From Candidatus Latescibacterota bacterium (GTDB lineage: Bacteria; Latescibacterota; CBDEFO01): a stretch of 64,000 nucleotides of DNA. The position numbers and the translations under genes are program-made. Below the pieces are notes generated by a model that was given only the letters and a program-made list of their open reading frames with translations, was not told where the DNA came from and searched no databases. The DNA is taken from NCBI GenBank assembly GCA_965248755.1, contig OZ252149.1, positions 1,504,001-1,568,000 of the forward strand. The letters are read 5' to 3'. Position 1 is the stretch's first letter. Each line of letters begins with the position of its first letter. This document shows positions 54,250-63,804 of the stretch, piece by piece.

Positions 54250-54824
54250 TCCTGTATCCTCCTGATTATCGAACTTAAGCGGTGGTAGTCGTCCCTTATG
54301 AGCCGTGAGAGTTCCTTACCCGTCCTGACCAAGTATTCGGACTCACCTCTGTGCGCCGCGAGGGCGTTCTTGACTACGGCGATTATGAGTTCATCTGTGG
54401 GCGTGCTCTTATAGCCGTTCAGAATAGTCCTCAAAAAGTCCCAGTTTGAAGTGAAATCCCTGACCTCTCCCGGGGAGCACAAATGGACGAAATTATGAAT
54501 GTGTGGCGGTTGAGGAGGGAGATACTGCTTGGGTTCTACGTCGTTGTGATAGCCCACAATGATGGCCTCAAACTCCGTCTTTAGAAGCTCGAATATCTGA
54601 GGCTGTTCCATCCTGAGTTCTTCTTCGCTCTTGCCGTAGGCTGTGGGCCTCCTGTTCGGCTCTATCGAGTGTGTGGAGGTGTTGCAGACGATCCCGAATA
54701 TAGTGGGCTTCGAGTCCGTCTTCACAAATGCCCCAAAAGAAGGCGACTTGTGCAATTCACGCGTCTCAGCCGTAAAGTGAACCGTGCTGCTTTCGATGAT
54801 CTCCCCGATGTAATCTTCTTCCAT
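54246..54824 (-). CDS. Stand-alone HAS-barrel protein
   Basis: IGEIIESST...SFGAFVK...QYLPPQPP; lies between nurA and herA. Confidence 0.8.
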   Translation of the reverse strand: MEEDYIGEIIESSTVHFTAETRELHKSPSFGAFVKTDSKPTIFGIVCNTSTHSIEPNRRPTAYGKSEEELRMEQPQIFELLKTEFEAIIVGYHNDVEPKQYLPPQPPHIHNFVHLCSPGEVRDFTSNWDFLRTILNGYKSTPTDELIIAVVKNALAAHRGESEYLVRTGKELSRLIRDDYHRLSSIIRRIQD

Positions 54825-54863
54825 AAGCGCTTCGCCCCTTCAAAATATAGTAAACAGTCGTCG

Positions 54864-54938
54864 GTAGAACAGACATTCTTGTCTGTTCAGTAGACAGGGC
54901 ATCTCACTCCCAATGTCAGACAGGAATGTCTGACCTAC
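54864..54938. repeat. Inverted REP doublet (REPIN-like)
   Basis: GTAGAACAGACATTCTTGTCTGTTC ... GTCAGACAGGAATGTCTGACCTAC. Confidence 0.85.
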
Positions 54939-54942
54939 TTGT

Positions 54943-56136
54943 TTATACTGTCGGCCCCAGCTTTTTCAGACTCTTTGCTGAAATGGCGGTCTTAATGTCG
55001 TTTTTGACCAAAGCGTCTCTTAAGAATTGGTAGAAAATATCTCTGTCTTTTCCTCTGACCACTGCTTTTTCGTGAGCTTCCGAGAGCACTATCGGATAGC
55101 CCGATCCCTTTTGGGCTTGATCACAGATGACAGAGTGGACAAGCTCCAAGAGTCTCTCGTCCTCGGCTACCCAACCAGGTATCTCGACTCTGGCTATCTC
55201 CCAACCTGCGTTTACGTAGAAGAAGAAGACTCTGTGAACTTCGTATTCATTCAGTACCCTGGAGGAACTTGCAAAGACGGGAGACCTTTCACCTTCTTTC
55301 AGAACTCGGGAGAAGAGAAGACCGTCCGTTACGCCTTCAATCGGCTCACAGGGAAGCTGGGGGATTATGCTATTTTCCACCTCTTCTTTCCACGGGCACC
55401 TGTCGCAGTCGGCTGCCTCTAAAGGGCATAAGCCCACTCTAAGCGTGTTGATGACGTCCGCACTTCCGGGATGGCTTATGTATCCGGCAAGAGGGACATC
55501 CGCCTCTTTGATCCGGTCGAAGGAATCCAAAAAGGGTTTGAGAGCCTGTCCTTTGAAGTCGGGAGGCGTGCCCTCAAGAGTCCACATGATCAGCGTCCCG
55601 TCTGAGAGAGCCACAGCGGTTCTGTCCTCAGAGGCTGCGGTTTCGGAAAGATCCGCCAGCGCCTTAAATTCCAGCGATCCCCTCTTTATAGCCAGAAACT
55701 CGCTGTTCATAAACGACCTCCTGCCTCCCCATGTCTGATAGAGGTCTTTCTCTCTGTAGAACAGCGAAGGCTCGCAGGTGAGGAGTGGCCGCTCTCCTGT
55801 CCCATAGTGGATCATTACAGAGCCGATATTTATCAGATAGCAGGATGAAACCTCGTGTCGGTCTGGGAATATCTGAGAGCCATCCGTCGCCGCAACGGTA
55901 ACCTCTTTAGGCCTTTCCGGCTTCGGATACGACTGCTTCAAAGGTCCCGAGATCCCTGCAAGAAGCCAGGAAGTCTTACTCCTTTCGACCTTATCCGAAA
56001 GCTCCTGCCACTTTGCCGACCACTCTATGAGCAGATTGTAGGCAGTTTCCATCTTATCGAGGAAGGTGTTCTGGCTCTCCTTCTGCTCCTTGGCCATCTG
56101 GTCTATCTGTCTTTTAACTATCGCAAGGTCTAACAT
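54943..56136 (-). CDS. nurA: NurA-family nuclease
   Basis: Motifs ATDGSQI, LSDGTLI, ARVE, GYPIVLSEAHE. Confidence 0.9.
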   Translation of the reverse strand: MLDLAIVKRQIDQMAKEQKESQNTFLDKMETAYNLLIEWSAKWQELSDKVERSKTSWLLAGISGPLKQSYPKPERPKEVTVAATDGSQIFPDRHEVSSCYLINIGSVMIHYGTGERPLLTCEPSLFYREKDLYQTWGGRRSFMNSEFLAIKRGSLEFKALADLSETAASEDRTAVALSDGTLIMWTLEGTPPDFKGQALKPFLDSFDRIKEADVPLAGYISHPGSADVINTLRVGLCPLEAADCDRCPWKEEVENSIIPQLPCEPIEGVTDGLLFSRVLKEGERSPVFASSSRVLNEYEVHRVFFFYVNAGWEIARVEIPGWVAEDERLLELVHSVICDQAQKGSGYPIVLSEAHEKAVVRGKDRDIFYQFLRDALVKNDIKTAISAKSLKKLGPTV

Positions 56137-56175
56137 TTTCGTTGGCTTCCTGTTCTACGTTCACTGCCAAATTCT

Positions 56176-56748
56176 TCACACAATAGACTCATAATAGTAC
56201 TGTCTGCCGCCTCCCTGGACGTTCGGGTCTTTCACCCGATAGGTCAATCCCATCTTCTGAAGGGCGTTGAGCCTGTTGCAGGCGATGTTGACGTTCTTTT
56301 TCAGGGCTTTAGATAATTGAGTTGATGTGAGTTTCTTCTTCTTCAGTAGTATCTCCAGAGCCTCCCTGTTCGGAGGCTTCAATTCTCCCATTATCTCGAT
56401 CTTTTCCCCTCCCCGATTGAATCTATCGGGGATCAAAAGGACGGCAAGGTCCCTTATCTTAAGCACCGCCTCTATGGTCTCTTTAACTGAAGGATTGGCT
56501 CCGACTATGAAGATGAATTTAGAGCCTAACTCACCGCTTCTGATCCTCAATATGAGCTTGGTCAGGAATTCATCGGCGCAGGAAATATCCAAAAATTCTA
56601 TACCTGAAAAATTAAGCGGGACGACTGTGTTCGCTTCGGCTCTTGCTATGTGCGCCATGAGGTCGTCTAGAATTTCCTGTCCCTTCTTCCTTCCACTTAG
56701 AATGGTATTATCTGAAGTAACAACATAGGGTTGGGCATGACTAAGCAT
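56176..56748 (-). CDS. STAS-like (DUF4325-like) plus winged-HTH regulator
   Basis: LNFSGIEFLDISCADE (STAS Ser motif); C-terminal LTSTQLSKAL...NRLNALQKMGL. Confidence 0.75.
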   Translation of the reverse strand: MLSHAQPYVVTSDNTILSGRKKGQEILDDLMAHIARAEANTVVPLNFSGIEFLDISCADEFLTKLILRIRSGELGSKFIFIVGANPSVKETIEAVLKIRDLAVLLIPDRFNRGGEKIEIMGELKPPNREALEILLKKKKLTSTQLSKALKKNVNIACNRLNALQKMGLTYRVKDPNVQGGGRQYYYESIV

Positions 56749-56767
56749 GGTTTTACCCCACTTGTTC

Positions 56768-56822
56768 AGTTTAACTTAATTTAATTAAACTATAAAGATA
56801 AAAAAAATACTTCGGATGTCAA
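56768..56822 (-). promoter_or_regulatory. Promoter with an overlapping palindromic operator candidate
   Basis: Minus-strand TTGACA at 56822-56817; near-palindrome AGTTTAACTTAATTTAATTAAACT at 56768-56791. Confidence 0.5.
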
Positions 56823-56948
56823 GCATTTTCTGAGACTTTTTGCATTTAGCATGAAAATGCGCTTTACAGATGTCTACGAGATTGCTTGCCCGATTGAATC
56901 TATCGGGGATCGCTCGCAATGACGGCTTAGGGGGAGACGGTCCGCTGT

Positions 56949-57821
56949 CTACTCTCTTTGATAGAGAGTTATGCACACCTGCGTGCCCGGAAAGGGGACG
57001 GATTCATACCTATATACCTTCGTTCCCCTTATATAGACCCTCGCATCTCCCGACCTTATGTGCAGACTCCCTCCGTGCTCGGCGCAGGTCCTCCTGACCA
57101 CGTAGAGGCCCAAGCCCCGTGTCGGATCTCTTGAGATGTCCTTCTTCAAAGCGTTCAATATAGCCGTCGCATGGCTCCATTTTGAGACATCAAACCTTGA
57201 AGATAGACTCTTTCTTATCCCGATTCCAAGATCTACCACAGAAATTACCGCAAATTTCTTGTCCTTTTTGTGATCGGTATATCTTTGAGCGGATATGTAG
57301 CCCCAATTCTCGCTGTGATCCAGGACGTTGTGACAGAGTTCAGCGGAGGCGTTCTTAAATTCGGTTATCTCCTTGATCGTATATCTAAGTTCTTCGGTCA
57401 GGATCGAATCCACGCGGCGATTTATAAGCTGTAAGACGAACTCCACATCCCTGGAGCTATGTATATGTGTCACCTCCAGGAGGGCTTCGTTGGCGGGACC
57501 CTCTGCGTATTCCATCCCCCATTCTCTGCCTTCCACCTGTGCGTAATCGCTTATGGCCTTCAGTATCTTCATCCGCCCCAGGTAGCTCTTGATAGGACCG
57601 AATTCGGGCAACTTCAAGACGACTCTGTCGAACCTTTCACACAGATAGCGGCCCAATAGACAGAGCATCCCCATGCCGTAGGGATCTATGAAATCCACAT
57701 TGGCAAGATCCACTATCACCTTACCGCGATCATCCCCGTTTCTCATTGAGGCGTTCAGGTCTTTCAGCACTCTGTCGAAGGACTTAGCAGAAAGTTTGCT
57801 GTCTCTTATCTTCAAGATCAT
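56949..57821 (-). CDS. STAS-like domain plus HATPase_c (anti-sigma kinase-like) protein
   Basis: DLANVDFIDP; N-box ELCHNVLDHS, G1 DLGIGI, G2 RGLGL. Confidence 0.8.
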   Translation of the reverse strand: MILKIRDSKLSAKSFDRVLKDLNASMRNGDDRGKVIVDLANVDFIDPYGMGMLCLLGRYLCERFDRVVLKLPEFGPIKSYLGRMKILKAISDYAQVEGREWGMEYAEGPANEALLEVTHIHSSRDVEFVLQLINRRVDSILTEELRYTIKEITEFKNASAELCHNVLDHSENWGYISAQRYTDHKKDKKFAVISVVDLGIGIRKSLSSRFDVSKWSHATAILNALKKDISRDPTRGLGLYVVRRTCAEHGGSLHIRSGDARVYIRGTKVYRYESVPFPGTQVCITLYQRE

Positions 57822-58009
57822 TCCTCCCCTCCCTATCTCCCCAAGTAGACAGGGGCACTACATCCCATCCTTGAGATTGCTTCGTCAGACAAGAATGTCT
57901 GGCCATTACAAGCATGTGTTGATAATGACGAAGGAACGTAGCCACATATGGTCTGTTAGGCGACGTGGGATTACAACACTATTTATGCTTCCATCATAAA
58001 TATGGAAAA

Positions 58010-58507
58010 CTACTGTCCTTCTGCTACTCTTAAGTTTGCAATCTTTTGCCAAGTCGGGTCAGGCTCAAGAACAACGGCAACATAAACTGCATCCTCTTTG
58101 TACATAAATGCAATTTCTCCCTTTCGGAACTCTGCAACAACCTGTTCGGGAGTGAGCTTATACAAGGCCCCAGAAATTGCATCAACAGCAAACCCTATCA
58201 AGGTACCGAAAACTATAGACTCAACCACCCTACTTCCCTTGATACTACGAGTTACTGTACATTCAAAAGGCATATAGCCATAGCCACGCATCTCAATTTT
58301 AATGATGTGGTGGTCTTTACGGCTCAAGTCTGCGAAGAGGGGAGTATTACCATAAAACCTGTTGTCAATTGTTACCAAAGCCCCAGTTGGAGTACTCGAC
58401 ACTCCAACTTCTTGCCTTGTACCGTGCATGATTGTTGAACAACCCACTAGCACCACAATGCAAAAAATAGCTGTAAAGGCACTAATGTACTTACCTCTAC
58501 GTGTCAT
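58010..58507 (-). CDS. PEGA-domain lipoprotein
   Basis: Lipobox LVGC; SSTPTGALVTID...GNTP; VDAISGALY. Confidence 0.8.
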   Translation of the reverse strand: MTRRGKYISAFTAIFCIVVLVGCSTIMHGTRQEVGVSSTPTGALVTIDNRFYGNTPLFADLSRKDHHIIKIEMRGYGYMPFECTVTRSIKGSRVVESIVFGTLIGFAVDAISGALYKLTPEQVVAEFRKGEIAFMYKEDAVYVAVVLEPDPTWQKIANLRVAEGQ

Positions 58508-58545
58508 CGTACTGCCCTCCTCCACAGGTGTCTACTGTTTGCTGT

Positions 58546-59307
58546 CTACTCCTCTTTTCTATCAGAGAAGAACCCGCGCATTAAGTCGATCGGCAAGGGG
58601 AAGATCAAAGTAGTGTTTTTATCGACCGCAATCTCAGTGACAGTCTGAAGGTATCGAAGCTGCAGGGCGGCTGGCTCCTGAGCAATGACGGCTGCTGCTT
58701 GAGTTAATCTCTCCGCCGCCTGAAACTCGCCCTCTGCGTGAATCACCTTGGCTCTCCTTTCGCGCTCTGCCTCTGCCTGCTTGGCTATAGCGCGCTGCAT
58801 CTCCTGAGGCAGGTCCACAGTCTTTACCTCCACAGCCGATACCTTGATCCCCCAGGCGTCCGTGCGCTCGTCTATGATCTGCTGGAGCCTCTGGTTTATC
58901 ATCTCCCTGTTGGCTAACAGGTCATCTAATACGTGTTCACCCAGGATGCTCCTTAGAGTCGTCTGCGCCATCTGGGACGTGGCGACGACGTAATTCTCCA
59001 CGTTGACTATGGCCTCCTGGGCCCTTATAACGCGGAAGTAGAGCACAGCGTTCACCTTTATGGTGACGTTATCTTTGGTTATAACGTCCTGTGGTGGGAT
59101 GTCCTCAGCTACTACTCTCAGCGATACTCTCACCATCCTGTCAACTATGGGGATCAGAAATATTAGACCCGGGCCCTTTTCTCCTATCAACCTGCCCAAT
59201 CTGAAGATGACGCCGCGCTCGTATTCCCTTAAGACCCGTATTGCTGCTGAAAGGATAACAATGGCAAAGAGTATCAAAACTATCAATCCAAAACCCCAAT
59301 TCGGCAT
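58546..59307 (-). CDS. Stomatin/SPFH (slipin) protein
   Basis: [36 protein letters not shown]. Confidence 0.95.
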   Translation of the reverse strand: MPNWGFGLIVLILFAIVILSAAIRVLREYERGVIFRLGRLIGEKGPGLIFLIPIVDRMVRVSLRVVAEDIPPQDVITKDNVTIKVNAVLYFRVIRAQEAIVNVENYVVATSQMAQTTLRSILGEHVLDDLLANREMINQRLQQIIDERTDAWGIKVSAVEVKTVDLPQEMQRAIAKQAEAERERRAKVIHAEGEFQAAERLTQAAAVIAQEPAALQLRYLQTVTEIAVDKNTTLIFPLPIDLMRGFFSDRKEE

Positions 59308-59346
59308 GGCTTTATCCTCTGTTTTCTGGTTGTTCTAGTCGCTCGC

Positions 59347-60657
59347 TTACGTCTCAATCTTCGAGACCTTTAACACGGAGCGATCTGTGCTGATTACGTT
59401 CACTTTGTCCCCTTTGGATATGGGGACATCCGATTCTGCGTTCCAGTGTTCGCCTATCAAAAATACAGTTCCCTCGCCCTTTATGTCGGTTCTTGCCTCA
59501 CCGATCTTTCCCACAAGGCTCTCCGATCCGCTAAACACCTCCTTTTTCTGCGCTCTGAGACCCATGCCTACAGCTAAGATGAAGAAAAGAGTGGTAAAGG
59601 TAACAGTCGCAATTATCACCTTCCACGAGACCCTCAAGAGTGGATCGGGCGATTCAAAGAGCATTAAGGACCCTAAAGTCAAAGATATGATCCCGCCCAC
59701 GGTCAGGATTCCGTGAGTGGGGGTCTTTAATTCTGCTATGAACAGGATCACCGCAAAGGCGATTAGGAGCAACCCGGAATAGTTGACAGATAGGGTCTGC
59801 AGACCGAAGAACGCCAGGATAAGGCAGATGCCTCCCACAACTCCGGGGAGGATCGCTCCGGGATTTGAAAGCTCGAAGATAAGGCCGTAGATACCGAGCA
59901 TCATCAGTATGTAGGCGATATTGGGGTTGGAGATAGCCGATAGAATCCGGCGTCTTAGTCCCATCTGGATTTCTTTTATCTCTGCTCCTTTGGTCTGGAG
60001 CGTTCTATTTGATGATGGGAGTTCGACCTCCGCTCCGTCCAGGGAATCCAAGAGCGCTGACACGTCCTCACACACGAAATCTATAATCCCTATCTCCAGC
60101 GCCTCGCTCTCGGTTGCAGAGACGCTCTTCCTAACTGCGTCTTCAGCCCACTGGATGTCTCTATTGCGCTTTTCGGCGATTGTCCTGATGTAAGCTGCAG
60201 CGTCGTTTGTGGCCTTTTCCGCTAAAGTAGTGTCCATTGCCGCCCCTCCGGCGCCTATCTGCACAGGGTGGGCAGCGCCCACGTTGGTCCCCGGTGCCAT
60301 AGCTGCAAAGTGTGCAGCCAGCATTATAAATGCCCCCGCCGACGCAGCTCGGGATCCACTGGGAGAGACATAGACTACGACGGGCACCTCGGCCGCCATT
60401 ATTCTCTTGACGATGACGCGCATAGAGGCGTCAAGTCCCCCTGGAGTGTCCAACTTTATTATCAGACACTCTGCCTCATCCGATTCGGCTGTCTCTATGG
60501 CCTCGACTATGAACTCGGCCGATGTGGGACCGATGGCCCCGGCCACGACCGCAAGGTTCACGGTCCGTTCCCCGATTGAATCTATCGGGGATGAGAAGGA
60601 GGACGATGCTATAAAAAAGATGGATAGTAATAAAACCGAAGCTTTTTTGATGACCAT
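59347..60657 (-). CDS. nfeD: NfeD (long form, ClpP-class protease domain)
   Basis: DTPGG, AASAG, GAAHP, TM bundle and GEHW OB-fold; adjacent to the stomatin gene. Confidence 0.95.
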   Translation of the reverse strand: MVIKKASVLLLSIFFIASSSFSSPIDSIGERTVNLAVVAGAIGPTSAEFIVEAIETAESDEAECLIIKLDTPGGLDASMRVIVKRIMAAEVPVVVYVSPSGSRAASAGAFIMLAAHFAAMAPGTNVGAAHPVQIGAGGAAMDTTLAEKATNDAAAYIRTIAEKRNRDIQWAEDAVRKSVSATESEALEIGIIDFVCEDVSALLDSLDGAEVELPSSNRTLQTKGAEIKEIQMGLRRRILSAISNPNIAYILMMLGIYGLIFELSNPGAILPGVVGGICLILAFFGLQTLSVNYSGLLLIAFAVILFIAELKTPTHGILTVGGIISLTLGSLMLFESPDPLLRVSWKVIIATVTFTTLFFILAVGMGLRAQKKEVFSGSESLVGKIGEARTDIKGEGTVFLIGEHWNAESDVPISKGDKVNVISTDRSVLKVSKIET

Positions 60658-60927
60658 GGCGCACTTCCATAAGGATTATGGTTGAATGCCAAATGGAGAT
60701 TACGAGCTACGAATATAGCTCTAAATTCTTCGTTTGTCAAGGACGAAGCTACGAATGTCAGCCAAATGCAGGGGCGAGATAACCCCACGCCTGCGAACGT
60801 CAGATTCAAACCTTTGACTTTTCATCTTGACTTTAGACATAGCCTTTCTTTATCTTATCCTCACCGAGAGGCATCTGTTTGGTTAGCGGGCTAAGTGTCG
60901 CCGTCATTACATAAGGAGAGCAATTCT

Positions 60928-62082
60928 ATGCCGATCGCAAAAGACCTATCGTTCACTGTGGACGAATACCGTTCAAGGGTGAAAAAGGTTCAAAGTATCA
61001 TAGCCAAAAAAGATATCGACGCTATGCTATGCCACGCCTTCCCGAGTATCTGCTATCTGACCGGGATTCAGACGATCGGAGTGGATAAATACTTCATGGT
61101 ATTAGTGCCGAAAGAGGGTGATCCCGTCCTGTTGAGTCAGGACTTTGAGTCGCACAACGCCGCGTTAGGATCGTGGCTGGACGCGTGCGTCACTTACGGA
61201 ATAGGAGAGGATTACATCGAGGCTACGAGAAAGCTGCTCGACGATCGCGGTCTTGCCGAGGCGAAAGTTGGAATTGAGTTAGGCTCCTGCGGCCTCAGGG
61301 TTACGAATTATCTTCGTCTGTTAGATCTGTTGCCCCATGTCAGCTTCGTTGACGTTAGCGGCACAGTCGAACAGGTAAAGGTCATCAAGTCTCCCGCTGA
61401 GGTAGAGTACATCCGCCAGGCGGCAAACTTGAGCAGTGCTGGAATGCAGGCTGCCGTCGAAGTCGCAGGGGAGGGGAAGACAGACAACGACCTGGCTTTG
61501 GCAGGATACGAGGCCATGATCGGCGGTGGAAGCGAATATATGTGCTACGATCCTATAGTCACAGTCGGCGAGCGTTCTGGAATCCCTCATTCCACCCACC
61601 GCCGGATAAAGATCAAAAAGGGCGATCCCATCTTTATGGAGTTTGGAGCGTGCATCAACCGCTACAGCGCGCCAATTATGCGCACTGTGTTCATCGGGCA
61701 ACCCCCTGATATAGTCAAACGGATGGCCGACTCCTGTCGCGACAGTGTAAATACGGTCATCCAGAACGCCAAGCCCGGCATCTCAGGCGACGAGGTCGCC
61801 ATAAAGGCAAGTAGATGTCTGAATTGGCTGCCGTCCCACTTTATCTGGCACGGTTGCTACGCCTACTCCATCGGCATAGGGTTCCCACCCGAATGGGGCG
61901 ACTGCTCCACTGCTATCACAGAGGGCGACGATACTATGCTACAGTCGGGCATGGCCTTTCACTGCACCACCTCTCTTCGCGACCCAGGGAAATATGGCGC
62001 CACCGTCAGTGAGACCATCGTGATCACAGATGACGGATGTGAAGTCCTCACCGATCTGCCGAGGGAACTGGTCTGTAAGTGA
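60928..62082 (+). CDS. M24 pita-bread family hydrolase (creatinase/ectoine hydrolase-like)
   Basis: YLTG, IKSPAE, YSIGIGFPPEWGD, VSETIVIT. Confidence 0.85.
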   Translation: MPIAKDLSFTVDEYRSRVKKVQSIIAKKDIDAMLCHAFPSICYLTGIQTIGVDKYFMVLVPKEGDPVLLSQDFESHNAALGSWLDACVTYGIGEDYIEATRKLLDDRGLAEAKVGIELGSCGLRVTNYLRLLDLLPHVSFVDVSGTVEQVKVIKSPAEVEYIRQAANLSSAGMQAAVEVAGEGKTDNDLALAGYEAMIGGGSEYMCYDPIVTVGERSGIPHSTHRRIKIKKGDPIFMEFGACINRYSAPIMRTVFIGQPPDIVKRMADSCRDSVNTVIQNAKPGISGDEVAIKASRCLNWLPSHFIWHGCYAYSIGIGFPPEWGDCSTAITEGDDTMLQSGMAFHCTTSLRDPGKYGATVSETIVITDDGCEVLTDLPRELVCK

Positions 62083-62153
62083 TGGTTGATCTTTGATAGA
62101 TCTCCTGATGGTAAAATATAAGATTGCTGTGCTTTTGTCCCGAAAAATTATTG

Positions 62154-62218
62154 GTGGGTCAGACATTCCTGTCTGACGAAGAACCTTTGGAAGGAACAGA
62201 CAAGAATGTCTGTTCTAC
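62154..62218. repeat. Inverted REP doublet (same family as 54864-54938)
   Basis: GTGGGTCAGACATTCCTGTCTGAC ... GAACAGACAAGAATGTCTGTTCTAC. Confidence 0.85.
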
Positions 62219-62616
62219 TATCTGGTGGAGTTAGGGGATGAGAGACAGTACCCTGTCTACTGTCTACAGAATGAAGGGAGATAGATGCGATGTTGAGAAA
62301 GGATCAGATTGAGTTCTTTAGACAGCGCGGCTTTCGCCGCCTGGGAAAGGCCTTGACATCGTGGGGCGTTGAGGAATTAAGGTAGGAGTTAGATTACGCT
62401 ATCCAGACGTTCTGCTCGTCCGTTCGAAGCTGGGAAGTCTTGGACTTATACTGTAAGGTGTGCGCTCAAAAGTGGAGGACTTAGAGCTTGTACCCCTATG
62501 GGCCGTGGGCAGAACCTGCACCCAAGGGGTAGAAATACAAGCCGCTTCAGGCACTGCTAGGTCGTTCCTTGGCGTTGGGTGTCATCCAAGCTAATGTCAC
62601 CAAGATAGGACAGTAC

Positions 62617-63792
62617 TTAGAAATACGTCGCGGTGCTGAACAGAATGGCTGCGCTGCTCACACGCACGTCCAGGCGGTCCCGAACCCAGTTGTACTGGTA
62701 GTCGAGCTTGAAGACTGAATCTTCTGTCGGCCGGAAATTCAGCCCCAGGGTGAGCCGCGTGTGGGTATCCCCCTTAAGTTTCGTGTCGAAGTCAACTAAT
62801 CCGTAACGGGCCACTCCTGCAAAGAACGAGCGGGGGAGAGATGGGAAGGCGCCCCGCAGGAAATCGGCGCTCCCCTGAATATACAAGCCCTGCTGCCGTT
62901 CGGAAAAGATAGTCCCCATGAGGCTCGGCGGAAGGTCTATCCAGGATTGCGCGTACTCCCCCAATACCTCGTAGCGATCGCGACGGAACTCCCCGTCGAT
63001 CGCCAGGATGGTCAGATTGCGCCCTTCGTCTATCTTCAGACCTTCCTCGCTGGTCTTGTTGTACTTTCCCGTATGCCATGAGATTCCTACTTCTCCCTCC
63101 GGAAGCGGACTGAGCGCCACACGCCCTGTGAACGCTGGACTGTTGTTGTTATCCTCTACGTTCCTTTTCCCCTGCGCAACACGTGTTCCCTCAGGACTCT
63201 CTTCGATTATGTCGGCGTTAAAACCATTTACAGCATAGAGTTCGTAGGTCAGCCGGGATCTGGCCGACGGGTAGACAGCCCCGTAGAACCCCATGCCGGG
63301 CTCCGACAGTGTCGTCGAGATTATTTGGGTACTCACTAACGGCCGATCGGTCATCTTGTTGGCTGGACTGTCGTGTGCCAGGTTAAACTTCCCGAGGGGG
63401 GTCAAGAGCATACCTCCCCGGAATGTAAACATCTCGTGAACTTCGAAGTCCAGAATAGCAAACTCTAACAAGATCTCCTCCGTCCCCTCTTCAAATTCTA
63501 ACTCGGCAGACGTACTGAAGCGCTCTGAAATGGATGCAAAGGTGAAGATATTAAACCGTTTCGGGACAAAGGTCAGCTCCTCTGTGATCCCCTCCTCTCG
63601 CTCGTAGCGGAAGTGCGCCTCGGTATAACCTCCGACTGAAGCCCTCCGCGAAGATGACTTAAACAAGTAGGGCTTGTCGTAGACGCCACCTTTGACGAAC
63701 GGACGTTCCTCGACTCCTTCCTGGGCGTACAGGGGGAGATTCCACGTTCCCATTAGCATAAACAGACCTAACCAGACAGCACGTTGACACAT
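62617..63792 (-). CDS. Outer-membrane beta-barrel (porin-like) protein
   Basis: Signal peptide, alternating beta-strand pattern and C-terminal Phe (VFKLDYQY...ATYF). Confidence 0.75.
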   Translation of the reverse strand: MCQRAVWLGLFMLMGTWNLPLYAQEGVEERPFVKGGVYDKPYLFKSSSRRASVGGYTEAHFRYEREEGITEELTFVPKRFNIFTFASISERFSTSAELEFEEGTEEILLEFAILDFEVHEMFTFRGGMLLTPLGKFNLAHDSPANKMTDRPLVSTQIISTTLSEPGMGFYGAVYPSARSRLTYELYAVNGFNADIIEESPEGTRVAQGKRNVEDNNNSPAFTGRVALSPLPEGEVGISWHTGKYNKTSEEGLKIDEGRNLTILAIDGEFRRDRYEVLGEYAQSWIDLPPSLMGTIFSERQQGLYIQGSADFLRGAFPSLPRSFFAGVARYGLVDFDTKLKGDTHTRLTLGLNFRPTEDSVFKLDYQYNWVRDRLDVRVSSAAILFSTATYF

Positions 63793-63804
63793 AATCGTTC
63801 CTCC

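Noticed and set aside
62290..62400. PhyH-like gene start (MLRKDQIEFFRQRGF)
   Set aside because: It is a short fragment ending in a stop after ~31 codons, too little to annotate with confidence.
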